Positions 21,041 through 30,883 of a stretch of 64,000 nucleotides of DNA are shown here, in pieces. The position numbers were made by a program, and so were the translations under genes. The notes beneath the pieces were generated by a model. The model made no database searches. It saw only the letters and a program-made list of their open reading frames with translations, and was not told where the DNA came from. The stretch is from an uncultured Candidatus Saccharibacteria bacterium (lineage in GTDB: Bacteria; Patescibacteriota; Doudnabacteria; UBA920), in the NCBI GenBank assembly GCA_964434195.1, contig CAYSUI010000001.1, positions 8,931 through 72,930 on the forward strand, given 5' to 3'. The stretch's first letter is position 1; each line of letters starts with the position of its first letter.

Positions 21041-21853
21041 CTAGGAAACATACCCAACCGTTATAACCAAGGGTGGCGGAACCAAAAAAAGTGTTTGGTG
21101 CTCAACCTCACCGAGCCAACTTTCCCACTCGTAGGCAAGAGAACTGTTCCCTCTCTCACCCAGCAATACAGAGTGGATGATATCGGCCACCTCTTGTAGC
21201 TCTGCGCAATACTCTCCGGCTGGTCTTTTAATCCTGACATTGTCCACATGCTGAAACTGCAGTTGCCGGAACAGGTAAGGGTTTTCTCCCCCCTGGAAAG
21301 GGTTAGCACCCAACCAACCACATGAGAGAAAATATAATCTCTTGAACTCACCCACGAGTCTCATGTTTTTCTCTCCTGGAATTGGCCAGAGAGCCTCGGG
21401 GTCGGAGAGGTCCCAGTTTATGGCTAATGCGGCCTTACCTGCTTGCGAAAGCGCTCTATTTACAATCTTTCTGCGGTCGGCTGTGTTTTCATGCATGAGA
21501 GAACCGTTCATCATGACGAACTCAGCATCGCACTCGTAGGAAGCCGTGGTATCGAGCCACGAAACTCCTTTATGTTCGACGGACCGAAGCTTGTGGATCT
21601 GGGCATCCACCTCTCTATGGTCTGCACCTACCGCACTGTAATGAACCCCTTTGTCCTTGAGTTCATTTACCACTTCAAGACTGATACCGCTATGGCCCAA
21701 AACTTCCATAACCCCTACCGGAGTATCCGAAAACCCTGTTCTCCCTTTTAGTAGTAACAAGGTTTTGAGAGCAACTTGGTTTACGAGCTCTCTACCATAT
21801 AGGTCTGACTCAATAAAGCCAAGATAGTCTTCCTGACGTAAATATTTATTCAT
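21041..21853 (-). CDS. Hypothetical protein, possibly a Rossmann-fold SAM-methyltransferase-like enzyme (weak).
   Basis: VMEVLGHSG..AVGADHREV resembles methyltransferase motifs I and II. This is inference. Confidence 0.4.
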   Translation of the reverse strand: MNKYLRQEDYLGFIESDLYGRELVNQVALKTLLLLKGRTGFSDTPVGVMEVLGHSGISLEVVNELKDKGVHYSAVGADHREVDAQIHKLRSVEHKGVSWLDTTASYECDAEFVMMNGSLMHENTADRRKIVNRALSQAGKAALAINWDLSDPEALWPIPGEKNMRLVGEFKRLYFLSCGWLGANPFQGGENPYLFRQLQFQHVDNVRIKRPAGEYCAELQEVADIIHSVLLGERGNSSLAYEWESWLGEVEHQTLFLVPPPLVITVGYVS

Positions 21854-21984
21854 AACGTTCTCCTATGGTTTGTGAATTGGGAAATAAGGTCGTATTATAC
21901 CATTTTTAATAAGGATGGTCAAATATTATATTTTAAACTTATTTAAAAACCCTTCTTTTGAAGGGTTTGGTTATTGTTTTAGTT

Positions 21985-24900
21985 TTATGGGACTTGGGTT
22001 ACTCGGTTAATAATGTCTAAGGCGTGATCTGAGGACTTCTCCCAGTCGAAGTTCTTTGCCCAGCTTAGGGCATTTCTACCCATTACAGTTCTTTTGTCTT
22101 CGTTTTCTAAAACGTGACTTATTTTTTCTGCAAACTTGTGATGGTCGCCGTGGGGCACGAGAAAACCAGTTAGTGGGTTTTTTACGCTATCTCTTAAGCC
22201 CGCTACGTTACTTGCTACTACCGGTACACCGCAAGCATTGGCTTCTATAGTTGTTATACCCCAGCCTTCCATAAAACTTGGGTTTACAAAGACCCAGGCT
22301 TTTTGGTACCAGTCTAGTTTTTCTTCTTCGGTTATTTTTCCGGTGAATTCTATTTTTTCTAGCACACCTAAATCTTCCGCGAGTTTTTTTAATGGTAAAA
22401 ATTCTTCTCCCCCACCTGCAATTACCAGTTTTGCGTTATCTACTTTTTTTGCAACTATAGCAAAAGCTTTTACTAGCACGTCTACAGATTTATATGCTTT
22501 TAGTCTTCCTAAGTACAAAATAGTTGGGTCTTCGCTTTTGGTTCCTGGTTGGTAAATTCTCGTGTCTATACCCGGGTTTACTACTTCTATGCCTGCACCA
22601 GTAATACCAAACTTTTCCATTTCGCTTTTACTGGACTCGGAAACGGTTATAAATTTTACTTTGCTGTAGACCCTAGGCATTAACCAGTTTTCCAAGACAC
22701 TCGCAAACCAAGCGAGTGGTTTTGGTAAGTACCTATAGAAGACATCTTGGTGGACATGGTGAAGTATTGTAACTATGGGTGGTTTTGCATATAGAGGTGT
22801 AAAGAATGGAATACCGTTATGACAGTCTACTAACACGTCGAAATTTTTTCTAAACTTAAGCATGTAGTATATGAATGCCCAAAAGTAGACTGTATAAAAA
22901 CCACCGTGGCGTATAATCTGAATACCGTCTATGGTTTCTTGTTGGGTGTTTTTCCCGTCTTGTCCGCAGAATTCCGTAACACTATTCCCCTCTTTTACCC
23001 AACGCTTCATTAGTTCATGGATATATATTTCTGCACCACCGGCGAAAGCGTGTTTGGTGTCGCGCCAGTTAAAAACTAGAATACGTTTACCTAATGGCGC
23101 GGATTGGACAGGAATGTCTTTAAACAGATACTTTAGGTCTCTGAGATTGGAATATATAGAGTAAGATTCTTTTTTTACTATGTGAAGAATAGAGACAAGA
23201 ATTAGATAACTAGCACTTATATATAATTCCGCATTAATAAAATCCCAAATTGTACTATGGTCTAGGAAAAGCAAAATACAAAGTCCCAGTGTATTTGCCA
23301 AGGAAACAATAACAAACGAGTAATGTTTTCTTACTAAGTGGTAACTGTTAATAAAAGCCGCCAAAGAGAAAAGGATCGTAGCGAATATGTATGTATTTAT
23401 ATATTGCATTACTGGTAGCACCTTGGCTCCAAACAAAATTGGAAGAGTTAAACTTCCAAGAGGCCCTAAGGCAATACCAGATGCAAGCGAAAGCATTGCG
23501 GTTCCCGCAAGCAAAAGGTAAAATTTTCTGTCCGGATTTTTTCCTAAAGCTATTTCTTTACTTACGATTGGCACTATGAATGTTATAAGCAATGTTCCTA
23601 TGGTAAACACCATTCTGCCAATGAGAGAGACCATACTGTACTGCCCCGCAATGTCTGGTGATAGATAGTGTTTGGCAAGTAAGACATCCGCACTTAAAAA
23701 TGCAGCGGTAGAAATACCTGTTGCCGTAACGGCGAGATAAAAACGTTTTGGGAAATTTTTAGCAAAGGGTTCCACGGGTAGTTTTTCTGTTTTAGTTTTA
23801 CCCAGTAGATACAAACCAGAAATTAAGACCGTAGAAAGCCCAGCGGCGATTGAGAAAGGAATAGAAGCAGATACCCAGTTAGACTTACCAACAAATACAG
23901 CACCCATACCAAACATTAATTTAGCGGAGGACTCTACTAACACACTCACGGCCACAAGACCGAATTTTAACCAGCCTTGTAATAAACCTCTGTAGGCGAC
24001 TAGAACTAGGACCAAAAAGAATGTTGGAGAGAAACTATAAAATACTAAATCTGCAGGCATTCTGAAAAATCCAGCTACTACTGGAGCGAACGCCACCCAA
24101 ACTACTGTAGCCATTAGACCTACAAGTAAAAAATATTTTTGGGAATTTTTGAAAAAATGCGAAGCCCAAGAGGCTTCATATTTATTTGTTAGGAAAGTCA
24201 CTCGGTGGTTTATGGATGCGTTTAACCCCCATGCGAATACGCTAAACAAACCGAGCATTGTATTGAACGCATTTACAACTCCAAATTCTGCATAAGAAAC
24301 TTTTCTTCCCAAATATGCACTAAAAACAAAATTTAAAAAGTTTGCTACTAACATAGCTGCAATAAGAGCCCCACCACTTCCTAAAGTTTTGTACTTTTTC
24401 CAGCCGATATTTTCTTCGTCTATTGCTCCCCCACTTTCTGCTGCTAGGTGAAGACCGTGGACGGTTTTGGCCCAGTAATGGGGTTTGGTTATTACTTCCC
24501 AGACACCTTTCCAGGCGGCAATACTCATACCTAACCAGTACAAAGGAACTAGAAATGCATATTTAATAAGATCCCAATAACCGCGTTTTGCCAGACCAAT
24601 CATGTAGTAGTACAGGTACAAGAAATTTCCGAATATTAGACAGACTACGCCAGTATATAAAACAGGTGCTGGGAAAAAACTTTCTATGAATGCACCGTAC
24701 TGACTTCTGAAGGCAAAATATAAAATAGTTACTAACCACATGAAGGGGTTAATAAAGAGGCTTAGAATTTTTCCACCAATTATAAACTGAAGAGAAATAA
24801 TATGTGGCTTTTTTACCCCATGCCATAGTTGCCCTGGCCTTCTCATGTGAACTAAGTAGGTCATTATGTAGCCCTTTATCCAGCGACTTCTTTGGCGGTA

Positions 24901-26031
24901 CCAGTTAAGCGCGTTACTGTTGGCTTCCTCGTATGTAGTACTTTCTATAATTGCTGTGCGGTAACCTCGCTTGGCCATACGAAGACCTAGGTCTGCGTCT
25001 TCGGTTACGTTGAATGCGTCCCATCCGGACATTTTTTTTACGTCTTTGGTGCGAAAGTGATTACTGGTTCCACCAAGTGGAATTGGTGCGTTAAGTGTTT
25101 GCAGTCCGGTTAAAACTAGGTCGAACCAAAGACTGTACTCGGCGACAAAAAGACGAGTGAGTAAGTTTTGGTGAGGGTTGTAAAAATTTAGTTTTGCTTG
25201 TACACAGATAACTTCTTCTGGGAGTTTTTTTAGTGCGAGGTATGCTTTTTTTAATTGGTCGGGTTCTGGTTTGTCTTCGGCGTCGTAGATAACTAAAAAT
25301 TCTCCGCGGGCTTTTGTGAGCCCGTAGTTCATAGCTTTAGGTTTGGTTTTGGGTTTACTATCCGGCACAACTACAACTTCTACATAACTAGGAAGATTCA
25401 TTTCGTTTACCTTGTCTATAGTTTTGGTGTCGTCTTCTTCTAGCAATAGCATTACCTGAAGTTTTTCTTTGGGCCAGTCGAGGGCTTCCATAGCTTCTAG
25501 GAACTGAGGGACGACTTGCCATTCTTTATATAGAGGGCAGAAGATTGTGTAGGTAGGGAGGGAATGGATTCCCGACTTCTCGGGAATGACACCTATATTG
25601 TCTAGTTCTTCTTGAGTGGATAGGATTTCTGATGGTTTTAGGAAGCTGCGGAGTATTAGGAATCCGTTAAAGAGTAAGTCGGCAAAATACAAGAAAGTTA
25701 TGAGGGCGAAAAATACCACTAGGGTTATATGCCAGTTTATTAGGAAAGCAATTATTAACAGAAGACCAAACCCGAGTAGGATAATTTTTTGTTCGAATGA
25801 AAAAACAAAAAAAGCGGTCTCTTCGTAACCAAGATCTGAGTGGAAAATAAAATTCTGATTTTTATATTTTAATCCCCTACCTTTTCTGCCGAAATGAAAA
25901 GGAGTAACTGTAGTGGGTTCTTTTTTGAACGTGTAAACAAACTTCTTTGTCTTTGAAAATAAATTTTCTTTTTTCAGAGATGAAGAAACTTGTGGTTCGG
26001 TATTTAGGTTTTTGTTTTTCCAGATGTGCAT
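21985..26031 (-). CDS. 1348-aa fusion protein: N-terminal TM anchor, processive GT2 domain (DAED, QRSRW), MOP/Wzx-like multi-TM flippase block, C-terminal GT4 domain.
   Basis: YDAEDKP and QRSRWIKG motifs, about 12 central TM helices, C-terminal EGWGITTIEANACGVPVVAS. Confidence 0.7.
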   Translation of the reverse strand: MHIWKNKNLNTEPQVSSSLKKENLFSKTKKFVYTFKKEPTTVTPFHFGRKGRGLKYKNQNFIFHSDLGYEETAFFVFSFEQKIILLGFGLLLIIAFLINWHITLVVFFALITFLYFADLLFNGFLILRSFLKPSEILSTQEELDNIGVIPEKSGIHSLPTYTIFCPLYKEWQVVPQFLEAMEALDWPKEKLQVMLLLEEDDTKTIDKVNEMNLPSYVEVVVVPDSKPKTKPKAMNYGLTKARGEFLVIYDAEDKPEPDQLKKAYLALKKLPEEVICVQAKLNFYNPHQNLLTRLFVAEYSLWFDLVLTGLQTLNAPIPLGGTSNHFRTKDVKKMSGWDAFNVTEDADLGLRMAKRGYRTAIIESTTYEEANSNALNWYRQRSRWIKGYIMTYLVHMRRPGQLWHGVKKPHIISLQFIIGGKILSLFINPFMWLVTILYFAFRSQYGAFIESFFPAPVLYTGVVCLIFGNFLYLYYYMIGLAKRGYWDLIKYAFLVPLYWLGMSIAAWKGVWEVITKPHYWAKTVHGLHLAAESGGAIDEENIGWKKYKTLGSGGALIAAMLVANFLNFVFSAYLGRKVSYAEFGVVNAFNTMLGLFSVFAWGLNASINHRVTFLTNKYEASWASHFFKNSQKYFLLVGLMATVVWVAFAPVVAGFFRMPADLVFYSFSPTFFLVLVLVAYRGLLQGWLKFGLVAVSVLVESSAKLMFGMGAVFVGKSNWVSASIPFSIAAGLSTVLISGLYLLGKTKTEKLPVEPFAKNFPKRFYLAVTATGISTAAFLSADVLLAKHYLSPDIAGQYSMVSLIGRMVFTIGTLLITFIVPIVSKEIALGKNPDRKFYLLLAGTAMLSLASGIALGPLGSLTLPILFGAKVLPVMQYINTYIFATILFSLAAFINSYHLVRKHYSFVIVSLANTLGLCILLFLDHSTIWDFINAELYISASYLILVSILHIVKKESYSIYSNLRDLKYLFKDIPVQSAPLGKRILVFNWRDTKHAFAGGAEIYIHELMKRWVKEGNSVTEFCGQDGKNTQQETIDGIQIIRHGGFYTVYFWAFIYYMLKFRKNFDVLVDCHNGIPFFTPLYAKPPIVTILHHVHQDVFYRYLPKPLAWFASVLENWLMPRVYSKVKFITVSESSKSEMEKFGITGAGIEVVNPGIDTRIYQPGTKSEDPTILYLGRLKAYKSVDVLVKAFAIVAKKVDNAKLVIAGGGEEFLPLKKLAEDLGVLEKIEFTGKITEEEKLDWYQKAWVFVNPSFMEGWGITTIEANACGVPVVASNVAGLRDSVKNPLTGFLVPHGDHHKFAEKISHVLENEDKRTVMGRNALSWAKNFDWEKSSDHALDIINRVTQVP

Positions 26032-26052
26032 GTAGTTTTATACCGGGAAACT

Positions 26053-26084
26053 AACCTCCTCCGCCCGTTTGAGCGGAGGAGGTT
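26053..26084. terminator. GC-rich hairpin AACCTCCTCCGC-ccgtttga-GCGGAGGAGGTT (12-bp perfect stem).
   Basis: Read directly. Lies between two minus-strand genes. Confidence 0.45.
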
Positions 26085-26106
26085 GTATTTAGTTTTTACT
26101 ATTTGT

Positions 26107-27144
26107 TTAGTAAGGAGACTGGGAAAGTTGGCTTAGAAGACCAATGAGAACTGCATAGTCTGCAGTATTGTTGTTTGCTAGTGCAAATTGTACCTGCATC
26201 ATAAGGTCTTTAAACATGGAATTTTGGTCTAGGGTTACTCCGTTAGAAAGAGTTACACTAGTAGTTCCCCATGTCGACCAGCAACCAAGGTTACCCCAAA
26301 GGATGTCCTGTACTGGAGCGGAACCTGCACCGCCGTTTTTATAAAGAGACATTTGCATTGCAAGATACCAACCGAGAAGCTTTCGCTGGTCGGTAGCATT
26401 AAAAGCTGTAGCTTTTTGGAGAGCAATGTTTACATGATTTGAATGACCGTTAACGTTGCTTGGAATGTTGTTTGGAATATTTACAGTTCCACCTGGACGC
26501 TTGTTTGGCCACAGTTTAAAATATAGCGCGTCGTTGAATTCGAAGGTGTGACATTTCCAGCTTAGAGATGGATCGCAACCAGCGTGTAGAGACTTAACTG
26601 CATCTAGGTCGAAAGCATCTGCAGTTGGTTCGAATGTTGCTGGGTTTGTAACGTCTGTTATTCTTACGAATTTTGCACAGGTAATGTTTGGGGAGAAGTC
26701 ATAAGAACTATCTCTTACATCTTGAACTGGTGTGGACAAGAACCAAGTAGAGCCGTCTTCGCTAGCTTCTACCATAATAGCTTCATCTTGATAGCCTGGA
26801 TTTGTGGATTCGAAAACGGTTACATCGAAACCAGCATCGTTTTTAATTCCACCGTCGAAACCAAGAACAATGCTTCCTCCAAAACCAAGACTGAAGAAAG
26901 TACCGTTTACTAAACCTGCATCGTCTGGTGTACCTGTTGTTTCGGCAGCACCTAGTGCTTGAGTAGCATCGCTTCTAATTACATCGACAGGACTACCGTC
27001 TTTTCTTAATCCTTGAGAAGCAGAGACTACTGTGTCTGCCCACGGACCAACGCCGTCTGGGGCTGCGGCGAGAGCCAAAGGAGCTACAGATGCAGAAAGT
27101 GAGGCAGCTGTAAGAGCTCCGGCGAGAATTCGCTTTAGATTCAT
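26107..27144 (-). CDS. Secreted hypothetical protein (Ala-rich signal peptide).
   Basis: N-terminal MNLKRILAGALTAASLSASVAPLALAAAPDG. Confidence 0.5.
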   Translation of the reverse strand: MNLKRILAGALTAASLSASVAPLALAAAPDGVGPWADTVVSASQGLRKDGSPVDVIRSDATQALGAAETTGTPDDAGLVNGTFFSLGFGGSIVLGFDGGIKNDAGFDVTVFESTNPGYQDEAIMVEASEDGSTWFLSTPVQDVRDSSYDFSPNITCAKFVRITDVTNPATFEPTADAFDLDAVKSLHAGCDPSLSWKCHTFEFNDALYFKLWPNKRPGGTVNIPNNIPSNVNGHSNHVNIALQKATAFNATDQRKLLGWYLAMQMSLYKNGGAGSAPVQDILWGNLGCWSTWGTTSVTLSNGVTLDQNSMFKDLMMQVQFALANNNTADYAVLIGLLSQLSQSPY

Positions 27145-27426
27145 AAACTTTTGCCTTTTGAGTTTTCGTTTTTTTAACTTAACTCTTAATTAATATTTGT
27201 TTCAAAAAATATATAATAAATAGCGCTTATGAGAGCGTTACTATCGGTAACCAGTGGGATTATTAATAATACACCCGCTACAGCACATAGGCAACTATTG
27301 CTTTTGTTTTTGAGAAATTTTGAGACTCTACGGAAACTTTCAGCGAGAGTCGGAAAGTTTACAAAATTACTAATCTTAGCTAGACTATTTTTTATTTCAA
27401 ATACTCTTTTGACCTTTAGGAGGACT

Positions 27427-28044
27427 ATGAAAAATTTTACCCAAAAGGCATACCAGCGGTATGAAATTACGAGGGGTATGAATGTGAATTTATTGGAGAT
27501 TTTAAGGAATGTTAAACGCTCCATTTCAGACGAGCCCCTAGACGCACCTTCGCTTAATATCTCTCTCGAGGACGGCGTCGTTCTAAAACCTGATTATGAA
27601 ATTTCACTGCGATATTGTCCACTAAGCAAATCGGTGGTCCCACTGTTTCTTAGTTTCAGACAACTTTCTTCTGGAACCCACTTCGAGGATATTCCTTTGA
27701 ACTTTGTTTACGACGGAAGTGAAAACGGTTCCGTAAAACAACAAAGGATTTGGTTCTCGAAAAATGGAAACGAACTGGTCTTCTTGGGAGAGGGTTCAGA
27801 TATGGGAACACACTTGAATTTGAAGTTCATAGTTCCCGCTGCTTCTGCTCTGTTTGAACAAATGAAACCAGAAGAGGCAATTCCTCAAATGATAGCGGCA
27901 GTAACTAATTCCCTAACTCTCAGAAAATTCACACCAACACCTGGCACTCATTATCTTGAACTAATTCTAAAGTGCCATAATGATTACCAGTTGGTAGGCT
28001 TTCTCGAGTGGGAAAAAGCCCAGAATTATTTATTAGCAAAATAG
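27427..28044 (+). CDS. Hypothetical protein (205 aa). Start moved to the ATG after AGGAGG.
   Basis: ttaggaggactATG, in frame with the listed ORF. Confidence 0.5.
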   Translation: MKNFTQKAYQRYEITRGMNVNLLEILRNVKRSISDEPLDAPSLNISLEDGVVLKPDYEISLRYCPLSKSVVPLFLSFRQLSSGTHFEDIPLNFVYDGSENGSVKQQRIWFSKNGNELVFLGEGSDMGTHLNLKFIVPAASALFEQMKPEEAIPQMIAAVTNSLTLRKFTPTPGTHYLELILKCHNDYQLVGFLEWEKAQNYLLAK

Positions 28045-28141
28045 ACAAAACTCTCCTTGAGAGTTTGTTTTTTTAAAACTATTTACAAGGTCTATATTTT
28101 TATGTATAGTTACTGAATATACAACTTTAGGAGGATATGAA

Positions 28142-28534
28142 ATGATTGGAAGCTCAGTTACTGCCAAAAAAATTTGTGACCTTACGGACACACATTTAAT
28201 TAGCATTAACGGGAGTCTGTTTTTTTATGGGCTTGCGTTGGAGTTAAAGAAACACGTGGACCAAATTACTGAGAATAATAATCCTAAGGTAATTCTGGAC
28301 CTAAGTGATTGCCCGATAGCCGACGCTGGCGGCTTAGGTGAAATTGTTAGGAGTTATACTAAAATCCTAAGGAATAACGGGAGCATCGTTATGGTGAATC
28401 CTGGAAAAAAAATGAGGGGGATGTTTAAACTCACCAAACTCGATATGATTTTTGAAATAACAGACGATATTGAATCCGCTGTAAACATGCTCAGCAATGG
28501 GCATAAAGCAGTCGGCAAAGCGGCTACACTCTAG
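28142..28534 (+). CDS. STAS-domain protein (SpoIIAA-like anti-sigma-factor antagonist fold).
   Basis: 130 aa with a KVILDLSDCPIADAGGLGEIV core. RBS ggaggatatgaaATG. Confidence 0.5.
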   Translation: MIGSSVTAKKICDLTDTHLISINGSLFFYGLALELKKHVDQITENNNPKVILDLSDCPIADAGGLGEIVRSYTKILRNNGSIVMVNPGKKMRGMFKLTKLDMIFEITDDIESAVNMLSNGHKAVGKAATL

Positions 28535-28683
28535 GTAACTAGGGTGTTTTTTTATTGACTTATATTTGACAATTAGACATGTTTATGGTAATGTATATAG
28601 TTTTCTCAGCTCTTGGAATATGTGCGGAAGACTTAGAGCTTTCCGCTGTTACTGACCGTTTCATAAAACTCATGGAGGACTAC

Positions 28684-29295
28684 ATGAGCGAATCAATCTT
28701 AAATCTGACCCCTGAAAGGGGTACGGCCTCAGTTTTTTGGGGAGTTATAAATGACGAGTTTTCGGGAACAAAAACCACGACCGGCGAGAGGGTTGAATTT
28801 CTGAAAATGCGTGAAGTCAGGAGACAACCTGGACTCTATGGTGCTTCTGAATTTCAAAGCACGGGAACGAATGCGGGGACTTCGGTTGAATTACTAAAAA
28901 TCCTAGGAGAAACGGTGAGTGGTTACGAAAAGACCTACGTCTGTGTGCAAGACACAGAAATAGGCTTAAGCCTGACTCTCATCCGTGTCTTCACTTCCGA
29001 GAAAGGCAGTATTGCGTTCTCGTATCGCGCATCAAACATCGAAAGTCCCAAATTTGTTTATGCTCAAAATGGGACCGAAGCGAGAATCGTTGACCGCATC
29101 GCGGCCAGTGTGAATTCTCGTGAGGAGAAATTTTGGATAGTGGGTTCTGTGCGGTGGTCACAAGTATTAGAACTCACTTCTGCGCTTTCCAATGCCGATT
29201 ACGACCTGGATTCGTTGGATGAAGATATCGATGATGCCAAATCGGCTGTTATAATAGCTATAGATAAAGCCAACGGTACCGTTGGCGATGAATAA
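28684..29295 (+). CDS. Hypothetical protein, paralog A of a tandem pair (PGLYGASEFQ .. LIRVF..AFSYRASNIESPKFVYAQNG).
   Basis: Start moved to the ATG after GGAGGA. Shares blocks with 29370..30041 by eye. Confidence 0.45.
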   Translation: MSESILNLTPERGTASVFWGVINDEFSGTKTTTGERVEFLKMREVRRQPGLYGASEFQSTGTNAGTSVELLKILGETVSGYEKTYVCVQDTEIGLSLTLIRVFTSEKGSIAFSYRASNIESPKFVYAQNGTEARIVDRIAASVNSREEKFWIVGSVRWSQVLELTSALSNADYDLDSLDEDIDDAKSAVIIAIDKANGTVGDE

Positions 29296-29369
29296 ACACA
29301 CTTGATTAGTGTGCTTTTTTTTGTTAAGTTTCAGGTTCTCTGGTTACGAAAATTTGAGGAGGAATATTT

Positions 29370-30041
29370 ATGGAAGTTGATCAGTATGACACCGATGAAC
29401 TAAAACAGCAAAGTAAACCAATTATTATTTCCAGATTCGACGAACTCTCTGGATCTAAGCGTGCGGCGATATTGTTCACCAGCTTGTTTTTTGGGACAGC
29501 ACTGGATGGAGCTCACCGCAAAGCACTTAAAAGACTGGAGTCTCGCACACCCGGACTTTATGAAGTGGCGGAATTTCAAGATAGCCCGCTTGGTACCAGT
29601 AGTCTACTTTCGGAAATTTTTACCGCAACAGAAACACCCCTGGCCACTGACTCGGTAACTTACGTTTATACTTCTGGAAGCCTTAACGTAAGGAAAACAC
29701 GACTGGTTCGTGTTTTCGTGGGACTTAGTGCGGTGATTGGTTTTGAGTATAGCGTTAGCAATCTTGAAACCCCGAGAAGAATATTTGCTCTGGACGGCCC
29801 TGAACCCAGTGGTAAAAAATTTGCCTGGACCCTAGGATTTAACTACTTTGGTTTTGAATTTGTAGGAAATATTCTTTGGTCCCAAAAAGAAGTTTTAGTT
29901 TCGAGACTTAGGGAAACAGGGAAATACTTTTTTGGCGAGGAAGAAGTGGAATGCTTCGACCTACCCAACGAGGGCTCAGCTATAAGAGACATTTTACAAG
30001 AGGTCATAAGGAAGGCTGGTGGGAATCTGTATAAAGACTAG
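29370..30041 (+). CDS. Hypothetical protein, paralog B of the tandem pair (PGLYEVAEFQ .. LVRVF..GFEYSVSNLETPRRIFALDG).
   Basis: RBS gaggaggaatatttATG. Shares blocks with the previous gene. Confidence 0.5.
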   Translation: MEVDQYDTDELKQQSKPIIISRFDELSGSKRAAILFTSLFFGTALDGAHRKALKRLESRTPGLYEVAEFQDSPLGTSSLLSEIFTATETPLATDSVTYVYTSGSLNVRKTRLVRVFVGLSAVIGFEYSVSNLETPRRIFALDGPEPSGKKFAWTLGFNYFGFEFVGNILWSQKEVLVSRLRETGKYFFGEEEVECFDLPNEGSAIRDILQEVIRKAGGNLYKD

Positions 30042-30133
30042 ACCGCATTAAGTATGCGGGTTTTTTATTGACAAAAACTCGCGGGGAATATAAAGTTAGT
30101 AATTCTCTGCTATTTTTTTTGGAGGTAAAAACT

Positions 30134-30772
30134 ATGGAGGAAACATTTAACGATTCAATTTCGCTGGGTGAGAAGATTTCTTACTTTCTCACTACTGAGT
30201 ACGGTGTTAATACTCTTATAGTATACTTAGCCATCTCTATCCCTTTCGTTTATTTTTTTGGAGAAAAATGGCATAACTGGGACAAACGAAACAGGGGTTA
30301 CTGGGGTTGCCAAAGGGCTCTAAAAGTCCGATCTATAACCATGCTAGTTTTAGCAGGGCTCGTGACATTCCTGGCTGGCGCTACACCCTATATTGAACGT
30401 TCTCTAATTCTCTTGGGCGTAGCGATTAATTTTGTTCTACTCGCTGTTTTCAACTTTCTCCTATCTCGGGAATTAAAAAGGAAGACCCCAGAAAGCGCAA
30501 AGAATGACTTAAGGTCTATTGCGGAAGAGCTTATGCATAATGTAATTTCCATGGGTGGCAGAGGTCGCAGCGTAAGCGCGATTTCTGAAGTTGAAGATTC
30601 TGCTCCACCTTTAATTGCCTATGAACTGCTTGAAGAAAGACGAAGACAGAGAGAGGCTCAAAAACAAAGGAATGAGGAACTTTACCTAAGTGGAGAAGCA
30701 GGTTTTCCTACACCCACCACACCTCAGGGTAGAGGTATTTTGGAAGATCTTAACCCGACCGATCAACAGTAG
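30134..30772 (+). CDS. Membrane protein (3 TM) with a charged coiled-coil C-terminus.
   Basis: Start moved to the ATG after GGAGG (30134). Followed by a hairpin plus T5 terminator at 30771..30793. Confidence 0.5.
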   Translation: MEETFNDSISLGEKISYFLTTEYGVNTLIVYLAISIPFVYFFGEKWHNWDKRNRGYWGCQRALKVRSITMLVLAGLVTFLAGATPYIERSLILLGVAINFVLLAVFNFLLSRELKRKTPESAKNDLRSIAEELMHNVISMGGRGRSVSAISEVEDSAPPLIAYELLEERRRQREAQKQRNEELYLSGEAGFPTPTTPQGRGILEDLNPTDQQ

Positions 30773-30832
30773 CTCGCATATGCGAGTTTTTATTTTTACC
30801 ATTACTCCTTGCGGTCGCGTAGGATTATAGTT

Positions 30833-30873
30833 GTAAAAAAAACACCAGCGATGTGTTTCGCTGGTGTTTTTTT
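30833..30873. terminator. Bidirectional terminator: A10, CACCAGCG-atgtgttt-CGCTGGTG, T7. Sits downstream of groEL.
   Basis: Read directly. Confidence 0.6.
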
Positions 30874-30883
30874 AAACTTATGT

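Noticed and set aside
28579-28683. Upstream start (MFMVMYIVFS..) for paralog A.
   Set aside because: That ATG falls inside the spacer of the predicted promoter (TTGACA-N17-TGnTAATGT). The ATG at 28684 follows GGAGGA and matches the paralog's N-terminal register.
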